Virus record (IMG/VR): IMGVR_UViG_3300049178_000002
Span: 1 to 30,728 of that record
DNA: 30,728 nt
Reading direction: 5' to 3' (one strand)
Source of the DNA: a virus
Lineage: Duplodnaviria > Caudoviricetes
In this document: positions 16,462 through 26,389 of the stretch, one piece after another
Layout: every line of letters begins with the position of its first letter
Position numbering within the stretch: position 1 is the first letter of the stretch
The notes under the pieces: model-generated
What the model saw: the letters and a program-made list of their open reading frames with translations, nothing else
Database searches by the model: none
Told to the model about the DNA's origin: nothing
Made by a program: the position numbers and the translations under genes

Positions 16462-17633
16462 GGGCGATATGTCCTTCCGCTCTTGCCTACCAATACCAGC
16501 CCACCATCTGTGCCCTCGAACACTGGCCAGAAGCTGCCTTGTGAGTTGGCAAGCACATCACGCTTAGCGTCATCAGGCAGTAGTCGTGCAGCCATCTTGC
16601 CTTGTGCTTGTATCTTTGGATCAGTCAACACCTGTCCACCGGGCTTAGCCTGTGGTGCAGTTGTCTGCGCAGGTGCAGCTTGTTGTGTTGGTGTAGCAGG
16701 CTTACTTGGTGCAGCCGTGGCAGACCCTGGCTGTTGTGTGCCTTCGTCTGCAGGTGCTAATGGTAGGTTGGTTTTACCAGTTGTCCTACCTGCTAGATCA
16801 GGCTGTCCTCCATCACCACCAGGAGCCAATGGTCCGAGCAGTGGATTACCTTGTCCACCTGTGACTGTGCCATCCTGTGATACTTGTGGACCAGACTTCG
16901 CAGGTGGCGGTTGATTACTTGTTCCACCACCACTTGGTCCTGTTATCCCAGACACACCAGTTGTTGGTGCTTGTGGTGCAAACGTGGCACCATGAGTTGC
17001 CTCTGCAATGCGTCGCTTGATCTCGTCATCACTAGCACCATACGGTATCCTGACCGGCACCTGTATTGGCTTGCCATCTGATCCAATGCCTATATCAGCC
17101 ATGACTGTATATGTCTCTGGCTTCGCATTGGCAGCACGAACCGCTGCTTCTTGTATTGCTAGCGGCACACCTTGTGTCGTAGGTAGACCAGTGATCCCTG
17201 TCACAGCTTGTGGTGTGGTCGGATAGCCAGCCTGGACAAGATGATATGCAGCGTCACTGCCAATGTTGGCGATGTTCGCATTCTGCAATCGTGTCTGTTG
17301 ACCAGAGAAGAAGTCACGATTGGCTTGTGGCACGCCTGCGAACAACGAACTGTTGTTCATCAAGCCCACACCACCGGGTATCTTCGCATACTCGATGCGT
17401 GCCTTCTCAGCGTTGTCTGCCATCGTCGCAGCCAACTGCTGTGCAGCGAACTCGTGCTGCCTATCCAGTTCGTAGTTGTAGTTGCCCTGTGATGTTTGGT
17501 TCTGTATCCGATACAGGTCCAGTAGGTTCTGTGCCTGTGCAGGCGACGTGATCGCTTCCTTCGCGAGTGTGGTCTCGATCTGGAATGGATCAATCGCCTG
17601 TGGACTGTATGAACCGTAGTTTGCAACGGCCAT
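16458..17633 (-). CDS. Putative ejection / internal virion protein
   Basis: 391 aa, rich in Q/A/G/P/T; position in the ejection block; ATGA overlap with the next gene. Confidence 0.6.
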   Translation of the reverse strand: MAVANYGSYSPQAIDPFQIETTLAKEAITSPAQAQNLLDLYRIQNQTSQGNYNYELDRQHEFAAQQLAATMADNAEKARIEYAKIPGGVGLMNNSSLFAGVPQANRDFFSGQQTRLQNANIANIGSDAAYHLVQAGYPTTPQAVTGITGLPTTQGVPLAIQEAAVRAANAKPETYTVMADIGIGSDGKPIQVPVRIPYGASDDEIKRRIAEATHGATFAPQAPTTGVSGITGPSGGGTSNQPPPAKSGPQVSQDGTVTGGQGNPLLGPLAPGGDGGQPDLAGRTTGKTNLPLAPADEGTQQPGSATAAPSKPATPTQQAAPAQTTAPQAKPGGQVLTDPKIQAQGKMAARLLPDDAKRDVLANSQGSFWPVFEGTDGGLVLVGKSGRTYRP

Positions 17634-17643
17634 GTATCACCTA

Positions 17644-18690
17644 CTAAGCTGGGTATGACTTGCCAGGACCGAAGCCTATGTCCATGTCCGCAAATGGGTC
17701 TTTGGGCTTCCCACCTATGCCAAAGCCACTGAGCATGTCCTTGTTGGTCAACAGGCTAGCCAGTCCACTGATACCTTGTGTTGTCGAGTTCAGGTTGAAG
17801 TTCGGATCAGGTATCGCATTGGCAGCCGCCCCTGTAGCCTTCTGTCCAAGCTCTGTCGATGAGTTGACGCCCGCAGCACCATACGCTGGTGCCACCGATG
17901 CAGTCCGCGCACGATCCGCAAGCAGACTTGCCATCGTCTTACTCTGATCGCTCGGCACAATACCCGAGAACTGCAATGATGGATTGGCCAAGCTCGCTGC
18001 TGTCGTCGCTGCACCTTCAAGTCCCTGTCGTCTTGCGTTGTTGATGCTGTCCACATTGGACAATGCTTGTATGCGGCTCTGCACCATACTGTCACGCAGG
18101 TTCTCGTAGCCCTGCCTACCCAGCTTGGCCAGCACGTCTCCCGAGCCTGTGCCCGTGCGTGTAAAGTTCCGCAACGTATCCGACACCAGCGGACGCATCA
18201 CGTTGTTGTTGGCCCGGTTGGCTGCATCCTCAAGGAGACTACTTAGTTCTGTCGCAGTTTGCGGCCTAAACTGTGCTAAGTTCCGTAAGGCCGTATCGTA
18301 GACGGGCTGCGCTGCCGTGGCACGGCGCATAGCCATTTCATTTGCAAGCTGAGCTTGTCGCAGATCAGTCGTGTTTCTGCTGACTGCGGCTTGGGAGGCA
18401 GCCGTTTGCTCTGCCTTGGGCAAGGGACCAAGATCACTGATCCACTGATTGGTAGCAGGATCATATCTGAGGGATGACCCGAAGGCATCTTCAAACCCCG
18501 CAGTGCTTCGGCGGTTGATGAGCGCAGACAGCGCCTGCTGATATGCCTGATTGTTACGCGCATCCTGCAAACTTGCAAGCGTCAGGTTACTTCGGTCCTG
18601 TGCCTGCTGGTTGTTGCGCCCGAAGATGCCAGCAGCACTGGACAGTCCACCGAGCAGGGTGCCAATGGCACCAATCGTTGCGATTGCCAT
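17644..18690 (-). CDS. Putative ejection (pilot-like) protein
   Basis: Hydrophobic Gly-rich N-terminus (MAIATIGAIGTLLGGLSSAAGIFG) followed by an A/Q/N-rich helical region. Confidence 0.65.
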   Translation of the reverse strand: MAIATIGAIGTLLGGLSSAAGIFGRNNQQAQDRSNLTLASLQDARNNQAYQQALSALINRRSTAGFEDAFGSSLRYDPATNQWISDLGPLPKAEQTAASQAAVSRNTTDLRQAQLANEMAMRRATAAQPVYDTALRNLAQFRPQTATELSSLLEDAANRANNNVMRPLVSDTLRNFTRTGTGSGDVLAKLGRQGYENLRDSMVQSRIQALSNVDSINNARRQGLEGAATTAASLANPSLQFSGIVPSDQSKTMASLLADRARTASVAPAYGAAGVNSSTELGQKATGAAANAIPDPNFNLNSTTQGISGLASLLTNKDMLSGFGIGGKPKDPFADMDIGFGPGKSYPA

Positions 18691-18691
18691 G

Positions 18692-19144
18692 CTACAACAC
18701 CTTCATGTAGACGCTTTCCACATTGTGGAAACCCATCTTCTCGAACAGAGGCTCCACATCATAGATGGTCCGGTAGTTGTGGATGACTGCCTGGACGTTG
18801 TAGACGTAACGCTTGAACTGCTCCTCCGCATACTCGATCAGCGAGCGTGCAATCCCCATACCACGGTAGTCAGGATCGACTGCGATGATGTCGCACGTAG
18901 CGAAGCGCATCCCCTTGTGGTGTGGGTGCTTCGCCAACACATACATCACGAAGCCACGCAGCTTCCCATCATCTCGTGCCGTGAAGATCACGAGCGCATT
19001 AGCCAACTCGATACGCTTATACGTCTCCCAATCCATCTCCAACGGAGGCTGGCCTCGTGGTGCGATGGTCCGCTCGAAGTAGTCTGCGATGAAGCGGTCC
19101 AGTGCCTGTCCACACTCACTCACTAGCTCTCTGCGTATCTGCAT
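18692..19144 (-). CDS. GNAT-family acetyltransferase (2)
   Basis: IAVDPDYRGMGIARSLI acetyl-CoA motif A; LFEKMGF motif B. Confidence 0.9.
   Translation of the reverse strand: MQIRRELVSECGQALDRFIADYFERTIAPRGQPPLEMDWETYKRIELANALVIFTARDDGKLRGFVMYVLAKHPHHKGMRFATCDIIAVDPDYRGMGIARSLIEYAEEQFKRYVYNVQAVIHNYRTIYDVEPLFEKMGFHNVESVYMKVL
18715..18731. repeat. Palindrome copy 10, TTTCCACATTGTGGAAA (inside - strand GNAT, reads FHNVE)
   Basis: Exact core. Confidence 0.95.
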
Positions 19145-20265
19145 CAGAACGCACCTACGTTACCCAACCCACGCCTCTGCTTGGCCTGCTCCTCTGGCGT
19201 AGTAGCGAACGGTGACGCGCCAGGAGTGGTCTGCACCGCTCCTTGTCCGAACGGATTGGTTGCACCCTGTGCGATGCCACCTGCATTCAGCAGATCGGTG
19301 AGATCAGCGAACTTCGTATCACCCACTGCTGATCTCAGCGCACCCCCGAAGCCACTTATATCCGAAGCTGCCTTCGATTGTGCCTGTCCACCGAACTTGC
19401 CAGGATCAAACGTGTCAGCCAAGCCTAGCGAGTTGGCAGTTGTCCTCGCACCACTGATGATGTCGTTGATGCCTTGCCGCTCGGTGTCCAAGATGCCTGA
19501 TGCACGGCTCTGTAGGTCTGATGTGGCAGCAGACTTCTTCTGTGCCAACGCATCGAGTGCAGCCTGATACCCAACAGGTGACAGTAGGTTACGCTTCTGT
19601 GCGTTCACCAACTGCTGGCTCAGTGGATTGAACTGCTCGTTGATGATGTCATTCACAGCCTGCACGGATGTGCTGTCTGGGATCAGATCGGTAGCGAACG
19701 TCGGAGAGAACAGTTGGCTCAGTGCTGAGTTGGCTTGTGTCCTCTTACCAGTCGTGATGTTGCCAATGATCTGATCGCCAAGCGTTGACGGGAACGCAGC
19801 AGCAGGATTAGGGTCCAAGTCCTGAATGGAGTTGAACTGTCGCTGCAATGTCGGCTGTATGTCTGTGGTCATATACGCCGCTGGGTCTACACCCTGCAAC
19901 TGGAATTGCCGTTGCACCGCAGCTAGTGCATCGTTATACGCTGTCTGCCTATTGCCTTGGAATGTCGTCTCAGCAGCTTGTGCCTTCGCAGCAGCATCAG
20001 CCGCTGCCTTATCACTAGCAGCCTTCTCATCTGCTTGTCGCTGAGCAATCTCCTCATTCAACTGCTCCTGTGCAGACTTCGCGCCAGGACTGTTCTGAAA
20101 GAACAAGTATGGGTTCGTCTCCTGTGTAAACGTCTTACCGTTGACAGGATCAGTCAACACCAGTGGCCTAGATGTGAAGCGTGCATCATCTCCACCACCG
20201 CCTCCTTTACCACCACGCACTCCTGCAAAGGACAGCAGATCAATCTGACCACCGGGTGTGAACAT
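19144..20265 (-). CDS. Putative ejection protein with a GGKGGGG N-terminal motif (P22 gp7-like position)
   Basis: MFTPGGQIDLLSFAGVRGGKGGGGG followed by A/Q-rich helices. TGATG coupling at both ends; alternative GTG start at 20268. Confidence 0.65.
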   Translation of the reverse strand: MFTPGGQIDLLSFAGVRGGKGGGGGDDARFTSRPLVLTDPVNGKTFTQETNPYLFFQNSPGAKSAQEQLNEEIAQRQADEKAASDKAAADAAAKAQAAETTFQGNRQTAYNDALAAVQRQFQLQGVDPAAYMTTDIQPTLQRQFNSIQDLDPNPAAAFPSTLGDQIIGNITTGKRTQANSALSQLFSPTFATDLIPDSTSVQAVNDIINEQFNPLSQQLVNAQKRNLLSPVGYQAALDALAQKKSAATSDLQSRASGILDTERQGINDIISGARTTANSLGLADTFDPGKFGGQAQSKAASDISGFGGALRSAVGDTKFADLTDLLNAGGIAQGATNPFGQGAVQTTPGASPFATTPEEQAKQRRGLGNVGAF

Positions 20266-20735
20266 CACTTGGTCCCCCTGTAGGCATACACTGCACCGAA
20301 GTCCTTGAACCCCATGTGCTTATACAGTTGTCGCACTGCGTAACTGTCAATCGAAGCAATGTCCCCGGTCTCTACGAGCACACACTTCATCTCGTTCATT
20401 GCCCAATCAACAAAGCCACGCATCAGTGCCATTGCGATCTTGGTTCGTCCCGGTGTGCCTTCTCTGACAAACCAAGCATCCTCATGTGCCATGAGTGCAG
20501 GATTGAAGTAGAATGTGAGCACATGGCCAGCCACAATCCCGCATGGCTTATCATCATCATCGTAAGCCAATCGAACATAGTAGGCTGGCATGGCTGCACA
20601 TTTGGAGACCATCTCGATGGTGAAGTCCCATACGAACTCTGGTCCATCCACTCCGAATGATCCTGCGGCTGTAAGCTCCTTGGCAAGTTGGACGAAGTAA
20701 GCAACGTTTTCCTCCGTTACTGGTTCGATCCTCAT
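20265..20735 (-). CDS. GNAT-family acetyltransferase (1)
   Basis: MRIEPVT...PCGIVAG...AWFVREGTPGRTKIAMALMRGFVDWA...LYKHMGF. ATGA overlap with the fibre stop. Confidence 0.8.
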   Translation of the reverse strand: MRIEPVTEENVAYFVQLAKELTAAGSFGVDGPEFVWDFTIEMVSKCAAMPAYYVRLAYDDDDKPCGIVAGHVLTFYFNPALMAHEDAWFVREGTPGRTKIAMALMRGFVDWAMNEMKCVLVETGDIASIDSYAVRQLYKHMGFKDFGAVYAYRGTK

Positions 20736-22375
20736 GGTATCCCGCCGGCAACCAACCGCGTCTGTATGTTTTGTATGCACTTGATGCACAGCGTGATGAG
20801 CGTCATCGGCGACAATGCAAGCGTAGGATCAGCGCCGAGTGGATCTCCTCCTGTGCCATCTGGTGCAGTAATGCCTGCAACCTTCACTGCTTCTCCAAAC
20901 ACAGGCTGCACATCCGATGCAATGAAGCCACAGTCATGCCCCTGAATGGAGTTATCCAATACACTGAGCCAGTCAAACTCTACTGGTGTCAGTCCCATTA
21001 GTGTGCCTATTGTGTAAGTCATTGGCACAACATTGGTCTTGAACCGACGATCTGAGACAGTGAAGCCACCAGCCGAGACTATTGGCCCAGTCGGATTAAG
21101 CAGAGCGTTGTCGCTCTTACGCATGTAGAGTAGCGAGCCTGATGTGCCATTATTCAATGGACTGAAGAATACCCAATCTCCAGTTGTTTGGAAGGCTGCT
21201 GAACTGAACCCAGTGAATTGCTGTTGAATAGTGATCTGTTCGGTGCCTACACCTGATGGCCTAGTGCCTGGTGCTTGGAACCACTGCTGACCGTTGTCCC
21301 AGAACATGCCAGTAGTGTTACAGAAGAAGTAGCGCAGTCCATTGATGGGCACGCCATTGCCATCTGTATTACCAAACGACAAGAAGCTGTGCAGTCCTTG
21401 TGCATCTACACTACTGTCATTCCACATACCTACAGAAGCACCGATGGCTACTTTCCACACACTGACACTAGGCCGAACTGCATTACCGCCCTGTATGTCT
21501 TGGACAAGGATGTTGTTTCTTGCTACCGTCTGGCCTGTAAATGTTATAGGCCCACTTACTGACTGACCAGCAGCACCCCCTGTCAGCTTTAGGAATGGCT
21601 GATTAGCCGCAGTGCTGTCTACATATGACTTCGTTGTGGCCTGATTAGCACCAGTAGGAGTAGCCGCTGGCAGGTTCAGTGCACCAGTCAGTGTGCCTCC
21701 TGTCAGTGGCAGCCGCAGTGCATCTTGCGTATCGACATACGACTTATTCGTGGCCTGAGTTGTCGCAGTTGGCGCAGCAATTGGTAACTGCAACGCACCA
21801 GTAAGTGTGCCACCAGTAGTGGGTAGGAAGCCGACACCACCAACTCGTGCATCCACATACTGCTTCGTTGCAGCACCCAAAGGTGCACCAGCCGCAGGAT
21901 CACCACTAAGGATCAGTGGGCCAGTCATCGTATCGCCACTACGCAACACGCGATTGGCGGCAGTAGCAGCACTATTGGCTGCATTCGTAGCACTGGTTGC
22001 TGCGCTAGTAGCAGACGTGGCCGCTGATGCTGCACTGTTGGCAGCCTGCGTTGCGAAGTCCCGAGCAGGTGCCTGTATGTTCGTCCAACGTGTCGGGTTG
22101 GCTGTCCTATCCTGACTGAATGTAGTAGGTGCGGCAGGACTGGTATGTCCAACTAGACATGACCAGATACTGCTGTCTGTGCTATCCACCACAGACTGAC
22201 CAACCGCATACGTGGTCCCGTTCTTCCAGATGCCAACCAAATTAGGCACACCAAAGAACGATGCAATGGCACCGTCAATGATACGGAAGTCTGTGTTGAC
22301 TGCCTCATCCCACGGTATCTGGTCGAATGGAGGCAGTGCCAACTTGAGGACAGGTGTAAACTGTGTCCCAGACAT
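20732..22375 (-). CDS. Tail fibre with C-terminal intramolecular chaperone (peptidase S74-like)
   Basis: SDRRFKTNV autocleavage motif and GFIASDVQ; GGTLTGAL..ATxKxYVD repeats; N-terminal W...Y.VG..V module. Confidence 0.85.
   Translation of the reverse strand: MSGTQFTPVLKLALPPFDQIPWDEAVNTDFRIIDGAIASFFGVPNLVGIWKNGTTYAVGQSVVDSTDSSIWSCLVGHTSPAAPTTFSQDRTANPTRWTNIQAPARDFATQAANSAASAATSATSAATSATNAANSAATAANRVLRSGDTMTGPLILSGDPAAGAPLGAATKQYVDARVGGVGFLPTTGGTLTGALQLPIAAPTATTQATNKSYVDTQDALRLPLTGGTLTGALNLPAATPTGANQATTKSYVDSTAANQPFLKLTGGAAGQSVSGPITFTGQTVARNNILVQDIQGGNAVRPSVSVWKVAIGASVGMWNDSSVDAQGLHSFLSFGNTDGNGVPINGLRYFFCNTTGMFWDNGQQWFQAPGTRPSGVGTEQITIQQQFTGFSSAAFQTTGDWVFFSPLNNGTSGSLLYMRKSDNALLNPTGPIVSAGGFTVSDRRFKTNVVPMTYTIGTLMGLTPVEFDWLSVLDNSIQGHDCGFIASDVQPVFGEAVKVAGITAPDGTGGDPLGADPTLALSPMTLITLCIKCIQNIQTRLVAGGIP
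21576..21945 (-). repeat. About 3.3 tandem ~39-aa fibre repeats (GGTLTGAL.LP...PT...AT.K.YVD)
   Basis: Visible in the translation; boundaries approximate. Confidence 0.8.
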
Positions 22376-22378
22376 GCA

Positions 22379-24094
22379 CTATCTCCTGATACTGCCGTGT
22401 AGATAGGCAATCGAGATGCTGATGAACCTCAGCTTTCTTTTGGTGGCACCGCTGAATCTGAGCTTGAGGAGCTTGAACTTGGCATTCCAACCAAACAGTC
22501 GTTCATCACTGCTGCGTCGCCCGCCGCCATATGGGGAGGTGCCGTAAGGTGAGCCGCCATAACCGCTTGCGTCTCCACCAACGAATTGCATGGTGAGCAT
22601 TGCTTGGTCAACGCCGCGCTTGTTGACGAAATTATCGACATACGCTCTTGCGGTGAAAGTTGCATCCCCAGTTGTATCCATCGCCAGATACTTACAAATC
22701 TTAATGTCCATCCGATGACGGAAGTCTGCCCATGGGAGTTCCCAGTCGAATGTGACATCTTCACCTGTGCCTCCATTCACTGCTGGATCATTGCGACGGT
22801 CAGCGTTCTGGTCTGGACTATCGAAGTCATACGCATATAGTTTGTTGCCGCGAGAAAACACGACGTTCTGTAGTGCCGTTCTGGCGGCGGACTGCCACAC
22901 CCACCCTCGTAGTCTGGCCCATGCCTGTATTTTGAGGGCGGGTATATTGGTGTAAGAAAAGGCAATGGTCTCGGTAACGGTAACTCCGTCTGCTGCGAAC
23001 ACAGGAATAAACAGCATGTAGCGGAAGTTACGTAGATCATACGTCGCAAAGACATGCTGCTCAATCTGATCCTGTGACAACGGCTGTATCAACTGTGTAA
23101 TCAGCGGATCAATCAAGTGCGACGCACGCACCGGCCGCAGTGTGTTGAACACGTTGACACGTGAGATGCTGTTCACACCCACGTTGTCACAGAAGAATGT
23201 GTCATCTCCAACCGATACTAGGGATCGGTTGGAAAGGCATCCGAACTCCTCAATGAACCCATCGTCTGTTGGGGTGTGGACGAGGGGATCACCCGTATAG
23301 ACACCAAGGTTGACAGGGAGAACACCGCGCTCGAACGTGACCAGGAGCTTGTCTCGGTAAGCCACCATGCCAGTAATAGTAGCAGAGCCAAGGCTGACAC
23401 GCGGACCCAAGTCAACATTGACTGCATCGTTCGGCGCTCCATCGCCAACATATGTTCCACTTGTGTCCTTCGCAGATATGAAGATACTCGACAGGTCATC
23501 TGACTTACCTGCGAAGATGGTGTAGCGTCCATGTGCTATCACATACTTAGCGATAGGTGTGTGGAGGTTGGACAGCGATGCCTTGTCAACAAGGAGTTTC
23601 GGGACCAAGAAGTTTGGATCGAGAGGATCGCCTGCTACGATTATTGGTTTGTCACGTCCGTTGGTAATTATCAGGTCGCTGTTGAAGATGGTAAAGTCAG
23701 TGAATACGACACCTGGACCCCACAATGATCCTGCTGGTGGAGTAGTGCCTGTAGCAGACGGTGCGCGAACAATGATCCTACCGGCACCATCGGTAGTGGC
23801 AATCTGTCCAGACTTCTGCACAGTCCATATGAAACCACCGAAGTAGACATGGTTCACAATGTCTGTTGTGTCAGGCTGTGCCGCAATAAACACCGTCCCC
23901 GGTCGTAGTGCCAGTGAACCGTCAATCTGACGCTCCATGTTGTCCAAGGTCTTAGCGAACTTGGGTGACATATTCAGGTCAGTATCAGTCACATTCAGGC
24001 CACCCTCGAATGACCTGACCGTGCTGATCTGTAGCAGTGACTGCGGCTGTTGACCGCGTGGGTTGAGACTACCTGTAGTTTTCTGTAGATACAT
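22379..24094 (-). CDS. Tail nozzle / tubular protein B (P22 gp10- or T7 gp12-like role)
   Basis: About 570 aa, beta-rich, SFEGGLN near the N-terminus; lies between adaptor and fibre. Alternative start at 24115. Confidence 0.7.
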   Translation of the reverse strand: MYLQKTTGSLNPRGQQPQSLLQISTVRSFEGGLNVTDTDLNMSPKFAKTLDNMERQIDGSLALRPGTVFIAAQPDTTDIVNHVYFGGFIWTVQKSGQIATTDGAGRIIVRAPSATGTTPPAGSLWGPGVVFTDFTIFNSDLIITNGRDKPIIVAGDPLDPNFLVPKLLVDKASLSNLHTPIAKYVIAHGRYTIFAGKSDDLSSIFISAKDTSGTYVGDGAPNDAVNVDLGPRVSLGSATITGMVAYRDKLLVTFERGVLPVNLGVYTGDPLVHTPTDDGFIEEFGCLSNRSLVSVGDDTFFCDNVGVNSISRVNVFNTLRPVRASHLIDPLITQLIQPLSQDQIEQHVFATYDLRNFRYMLFIPVFAADGVTVTETIAFSYTNIPALKIQAWARLRGWVWQSAARTALQNVVFSRGNKLYAYDFDSPDQNADRRNDPAVNGGTGEDVTFDWELPWADFRHRMDIKICKYLAMDTTGDATFTARAYVDNFVNKRGVDQAMLTMQFVGGDASGYGGSPYGTSPYGGGRRSSDERLFGWNAKFKLLKLRFSGATKRKLRFISISIAYLHGSIRR

Positions 24095-24257
24095 TCTGCG
24101 GCCCTTGCACTCCATTCATCTCAGCACTCATGCACTGAGCTTGAATAGCCATGATATGTTGTGCACATAACTTGTATGGCTGGTCGGCAAGCAACTGCAT
24201 GATATGGTTCCACTCACCAGCAGTGAGTGTCACAGCAATAGGCTGATCTACATTCAT
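24069..24257 (-). CDS. Small hypothetical protein
   Basis: ATGA overlap with the adaptor stop; 62 aa; fills the gap. Confidence 0.6.
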   Translation of the reverse strand: MNVDQPIAVTLTAGEWNHIMQLLADQPYKLCAQHIMAIQAQCMSAEMNGVQGPQNVSTENYR

Positions 24258-24976
24258 GGGAACTGTCCTGGTATGGGAACTACAGTGAACGAATTACTCG
24301 CAAACTCGTCTTGTATCAGTGCAGGATCAGCCGGGAAGCGCGGATCGAGCATCAGCCCGTGCTGTGAGAATGCAGACTTCATCTGCTGCCTACGCTTGGC
24401 TGCGAGCATCTGGAACCGATTGACCTGTGCAGGCACCGTCCCGTCATCTACTGCATACATCCAACATGCGTCGAACTGCAACAGCAGTGGATCGAGATAT
24501 ACCTTGCTGTCGTCGCTGAGTGGCAGTGATGGTGTCTGTCTGAACCAGACCACAACACTACCCGTCATGGTCTCTGGCCATACCTTGAATGGTCTATGCT
24601 GTGCTGTGGCATCTGGGCTGATGAAGATTGGCCCAATGCCACTACCGCTAGACAAGTTGAATGGATTTACCGACTGTGGCAGTTCTGCAATCTTACGATT
24701 ACTGCCATCGGGATACACACCTGCGATGTTTGTGTAGTCATCACAGAAGCTGATCGGTCCCTTCAAATCATCAGCCAGCAGTCCACCAGTGCCAGATAGT
24801 GCCACCTTCTGATAGAACATCAGATTGGGCCACCACATCTCGTCAAGTTCTAGTTGCAGTGCATCTTCAACGAACTGCCTGAACCGATCCGCAGAGTATA
24901 TCTGCGTTGCCAGTCCAGGCACCTGAGACAACTCAGTGATGCACGCATTTACGATGTCAGCGACAGTCCCTGTCAT
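24254..24976 (-). CDS. Head-tail adaptor / tubular protein A-like
   Basis: MTGTVADIVNACITEL N-terminal helix, about 240 aa, upstream of the nozzle. Confidence 0.65.
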   Translation of the reverse strand: MTGTVADIVNACITELSQVPGLATQIYSADRFRQFVEDALQLELDEMWWPNLMFYQKVALSGTGGLLADDLKGPISFCDDYTNIAGVYPDGSNRKIAELPQSVNPFNLSSGSGIGPIFISPDATAQHRPFKVWPETMTGSVVVWFRQTPSLPLSDDSKVYLDPLLLQFDACWMYAVDDGTVPAQVNRFQMLAAKRRQQMKSAFSQHGLMLDPRFPADPALIQDEFASNSFTVVPIPGQFP

Positions 24977-24985
24977 CCTGGCACC

Positions 24986-25002
24986 TTTCCACAATGTGGA
25001 AA
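24986..25002. repeat. Palindrome copy 11 (inverted), TTTCCACAATGTGGAAA, overlapping the adaptor RBS
   Basis: Reads TTTCCACATTGTGGAAAGG on the - strand, 7 nt before ATG 24976. Confidence 0.95.
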
Positions 25003-25029
25003 CGGGTAGCGGCTCTCCACACTACCCGT
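25000..25029 (-). terminator. Terminator-like hairpin after the capsid/decoration genes
   Basis: - strand ACGGGTAGTG-TGGAGAGC-CGCTACCCGT, then TT running into palindrome copy 11. Confidence 0.6.
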
Positions 25030-25067
25030 CCCACAGACACTTCATAGTCGGCGCCTGTCTACGCGGA

Positions 25068-25985
25068 CTAACTCGCGAAGTGCCTGATGCCGTGCAGACC
25101 GCCGTTGTTGCTGCTGTTCAAGTCATTGGCGAAGTCAGCAACCAACGACAGCACATTGGCACTGTTCATTGCGGTCAGAGGCTTGTAGAGACCGCGCGGA
25201 TCACCTGTCGTCACAGTGGCAGGATCACTGAGAACCGCGGCGGTAACAGTGCCAATACCTGCACCACCAGTAGCGAGACCATTGGCTACTTCGTAGAGAC
25301 CCTTCTGGATCTTATACGGAAGTCCCAACGTCGTGCCCCAGCCTGCACTGAACGTAGCACCAGCACCACCAGTCTGAATGGTAATCTGGTCTACGAACTT
25401 GTAGGCATTCTTGGTCTCGACTACTGCACCACCAAGTGTGACATTCTCAGTCACAGGCTGACCAAGATAGTCAGCACCACGCACAGTCACAGTCGTATTG
25501 GCAGCAGTCGTGGTCAGTGTGCCAGTCGATGCCACAGTCTGGCTGATCGACACCTGATAAGTGCCAATACCACCAGCCGGTGAACCAGTAAGCTGTGACA
25601 CAATGAGTGTGCCAGTAGTGACACCAGTGCCCGAGAGCGTAGCACCAGGGAAGATACCACCCGTTGTCGGTGCCACAGTCACAGTCAGCGTAGTGGTGGC
25701 AATGCTACCTGTGAATGCGTTTGCTGAACCCGCACTATTCGTCAACTGAATGGTGCGGCCCCAAGGATCGACAATGCCCTGTGCATTGGCATTCGTAGTC
25801 AAGTCAATGGCCTGTGCTGTCATGGCCAGTGCATTGACAAGATTGTTGGCAACACCTGCCGGTGGCGTGCCAAGGTTGACACGAGTAGGGCTGTTGAGGT
25901 TCACGTCCGCACTATACTGCATAGCAGGGACGTAGTTGTTGATCCGACGCTGGAAGTTCGTCGGAGACGGTGCTACGTTCGCCAT
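25068..25985 (-). CDS. Putative capsid decoration / minor structural protein
   Basis: 305 aa, T/G/A/V-rich beta protein downstream of the capsid gene, followed by a terminator. Confidence 0.6.
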   Translation of the reverse strand: MANVAPSPTNFQRRINNYVPAMQYSADVNLNSPTRVNLGTPPAGVANNLVNALAMTAQAIDLTTNANAQGIVDPWGRTIQLTNSAGSANAFTGSIATTTLTVTVAPTTGGIFPGATLSGTGVTTGTLIVSQLTGSPAGGIGTYQVSISQTVASTGTLTTTAANTTVTVRGADYLGQPVTENVTLGGAVVETKNAYKFVDQITIQTGGAGATFSAGWGTTLGLPYKIQKGLYEVANGLATGGAGIGTVTAAVLSDPATVTTGDPRGLYKPLTAMNSANVLSLVADFANDLNSSNNGGLHGIRHFAS

Positions 25986-26389
25986 TACTCAATCACTCCT
26001 TGATCGAGTGCAGTGAAGCCTCCAACCTGTCCACGCGGACGTGGACGATTGTTCTCTCTGCGCTCTACGATTTCCTTCGGTGACAGATTGTAGTCTTCTG
26101 GCACTTCCTCACCACTCTCCATGTCCACATTACGTGGATCAGCAAGCACACCGAGCCTACGCAACTGGTCCGTATCGTCTGCTGCGACCAGAATGCTGTG
26201 GCCCTGTGGGAAGTAGATCATATACGCGGTGTCAAATTCTTCTTCGATTGGCACCATCTTACGCGCAATGATCTTCTTGTCCCGTAGTGCGCCAACCTCG
26301 CGCACATCCTCCTCAATGTGCGTCACCACACGCTTGAACTTACCGGTGATCTTCTCAGCCTGGAATGCAGGCTTGACATTGAGTGCCAT
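25985..26389 (-). CDS. Hypothetical protein in the head cluster
   Basis: 134 aa, coupled at both ends. Confidence 0.75.
   Translation of the reverse strand: MALNVKPAFQAEKITGKFKRVVTHIEEDVREVGALRDKKIIARKMVPIEEEFDTAYMIYFPQGHSILVAADDTDQLRRLGVLADPRNVDMESGEEVPEDYNLSPKEIVERRENNRPRPRGQVGGFTALDQGVIE

Noticed and set aside
20732-22375. Diversity-generating retroelement acting on the tail fibre
   Set aside because: No reverse transcriptase and no template/variable repeat pair seen; the fibre ends in an S74-type chaperone.
12843-26138. Weaker motif look-alikes (CCACACTGTGG at 12843, TCCACATTGGA at 18050, TCCACATTACGTGGA at 26124)
   Set aside because: Shorter arms or altered spacing; could be chance, so not counted.
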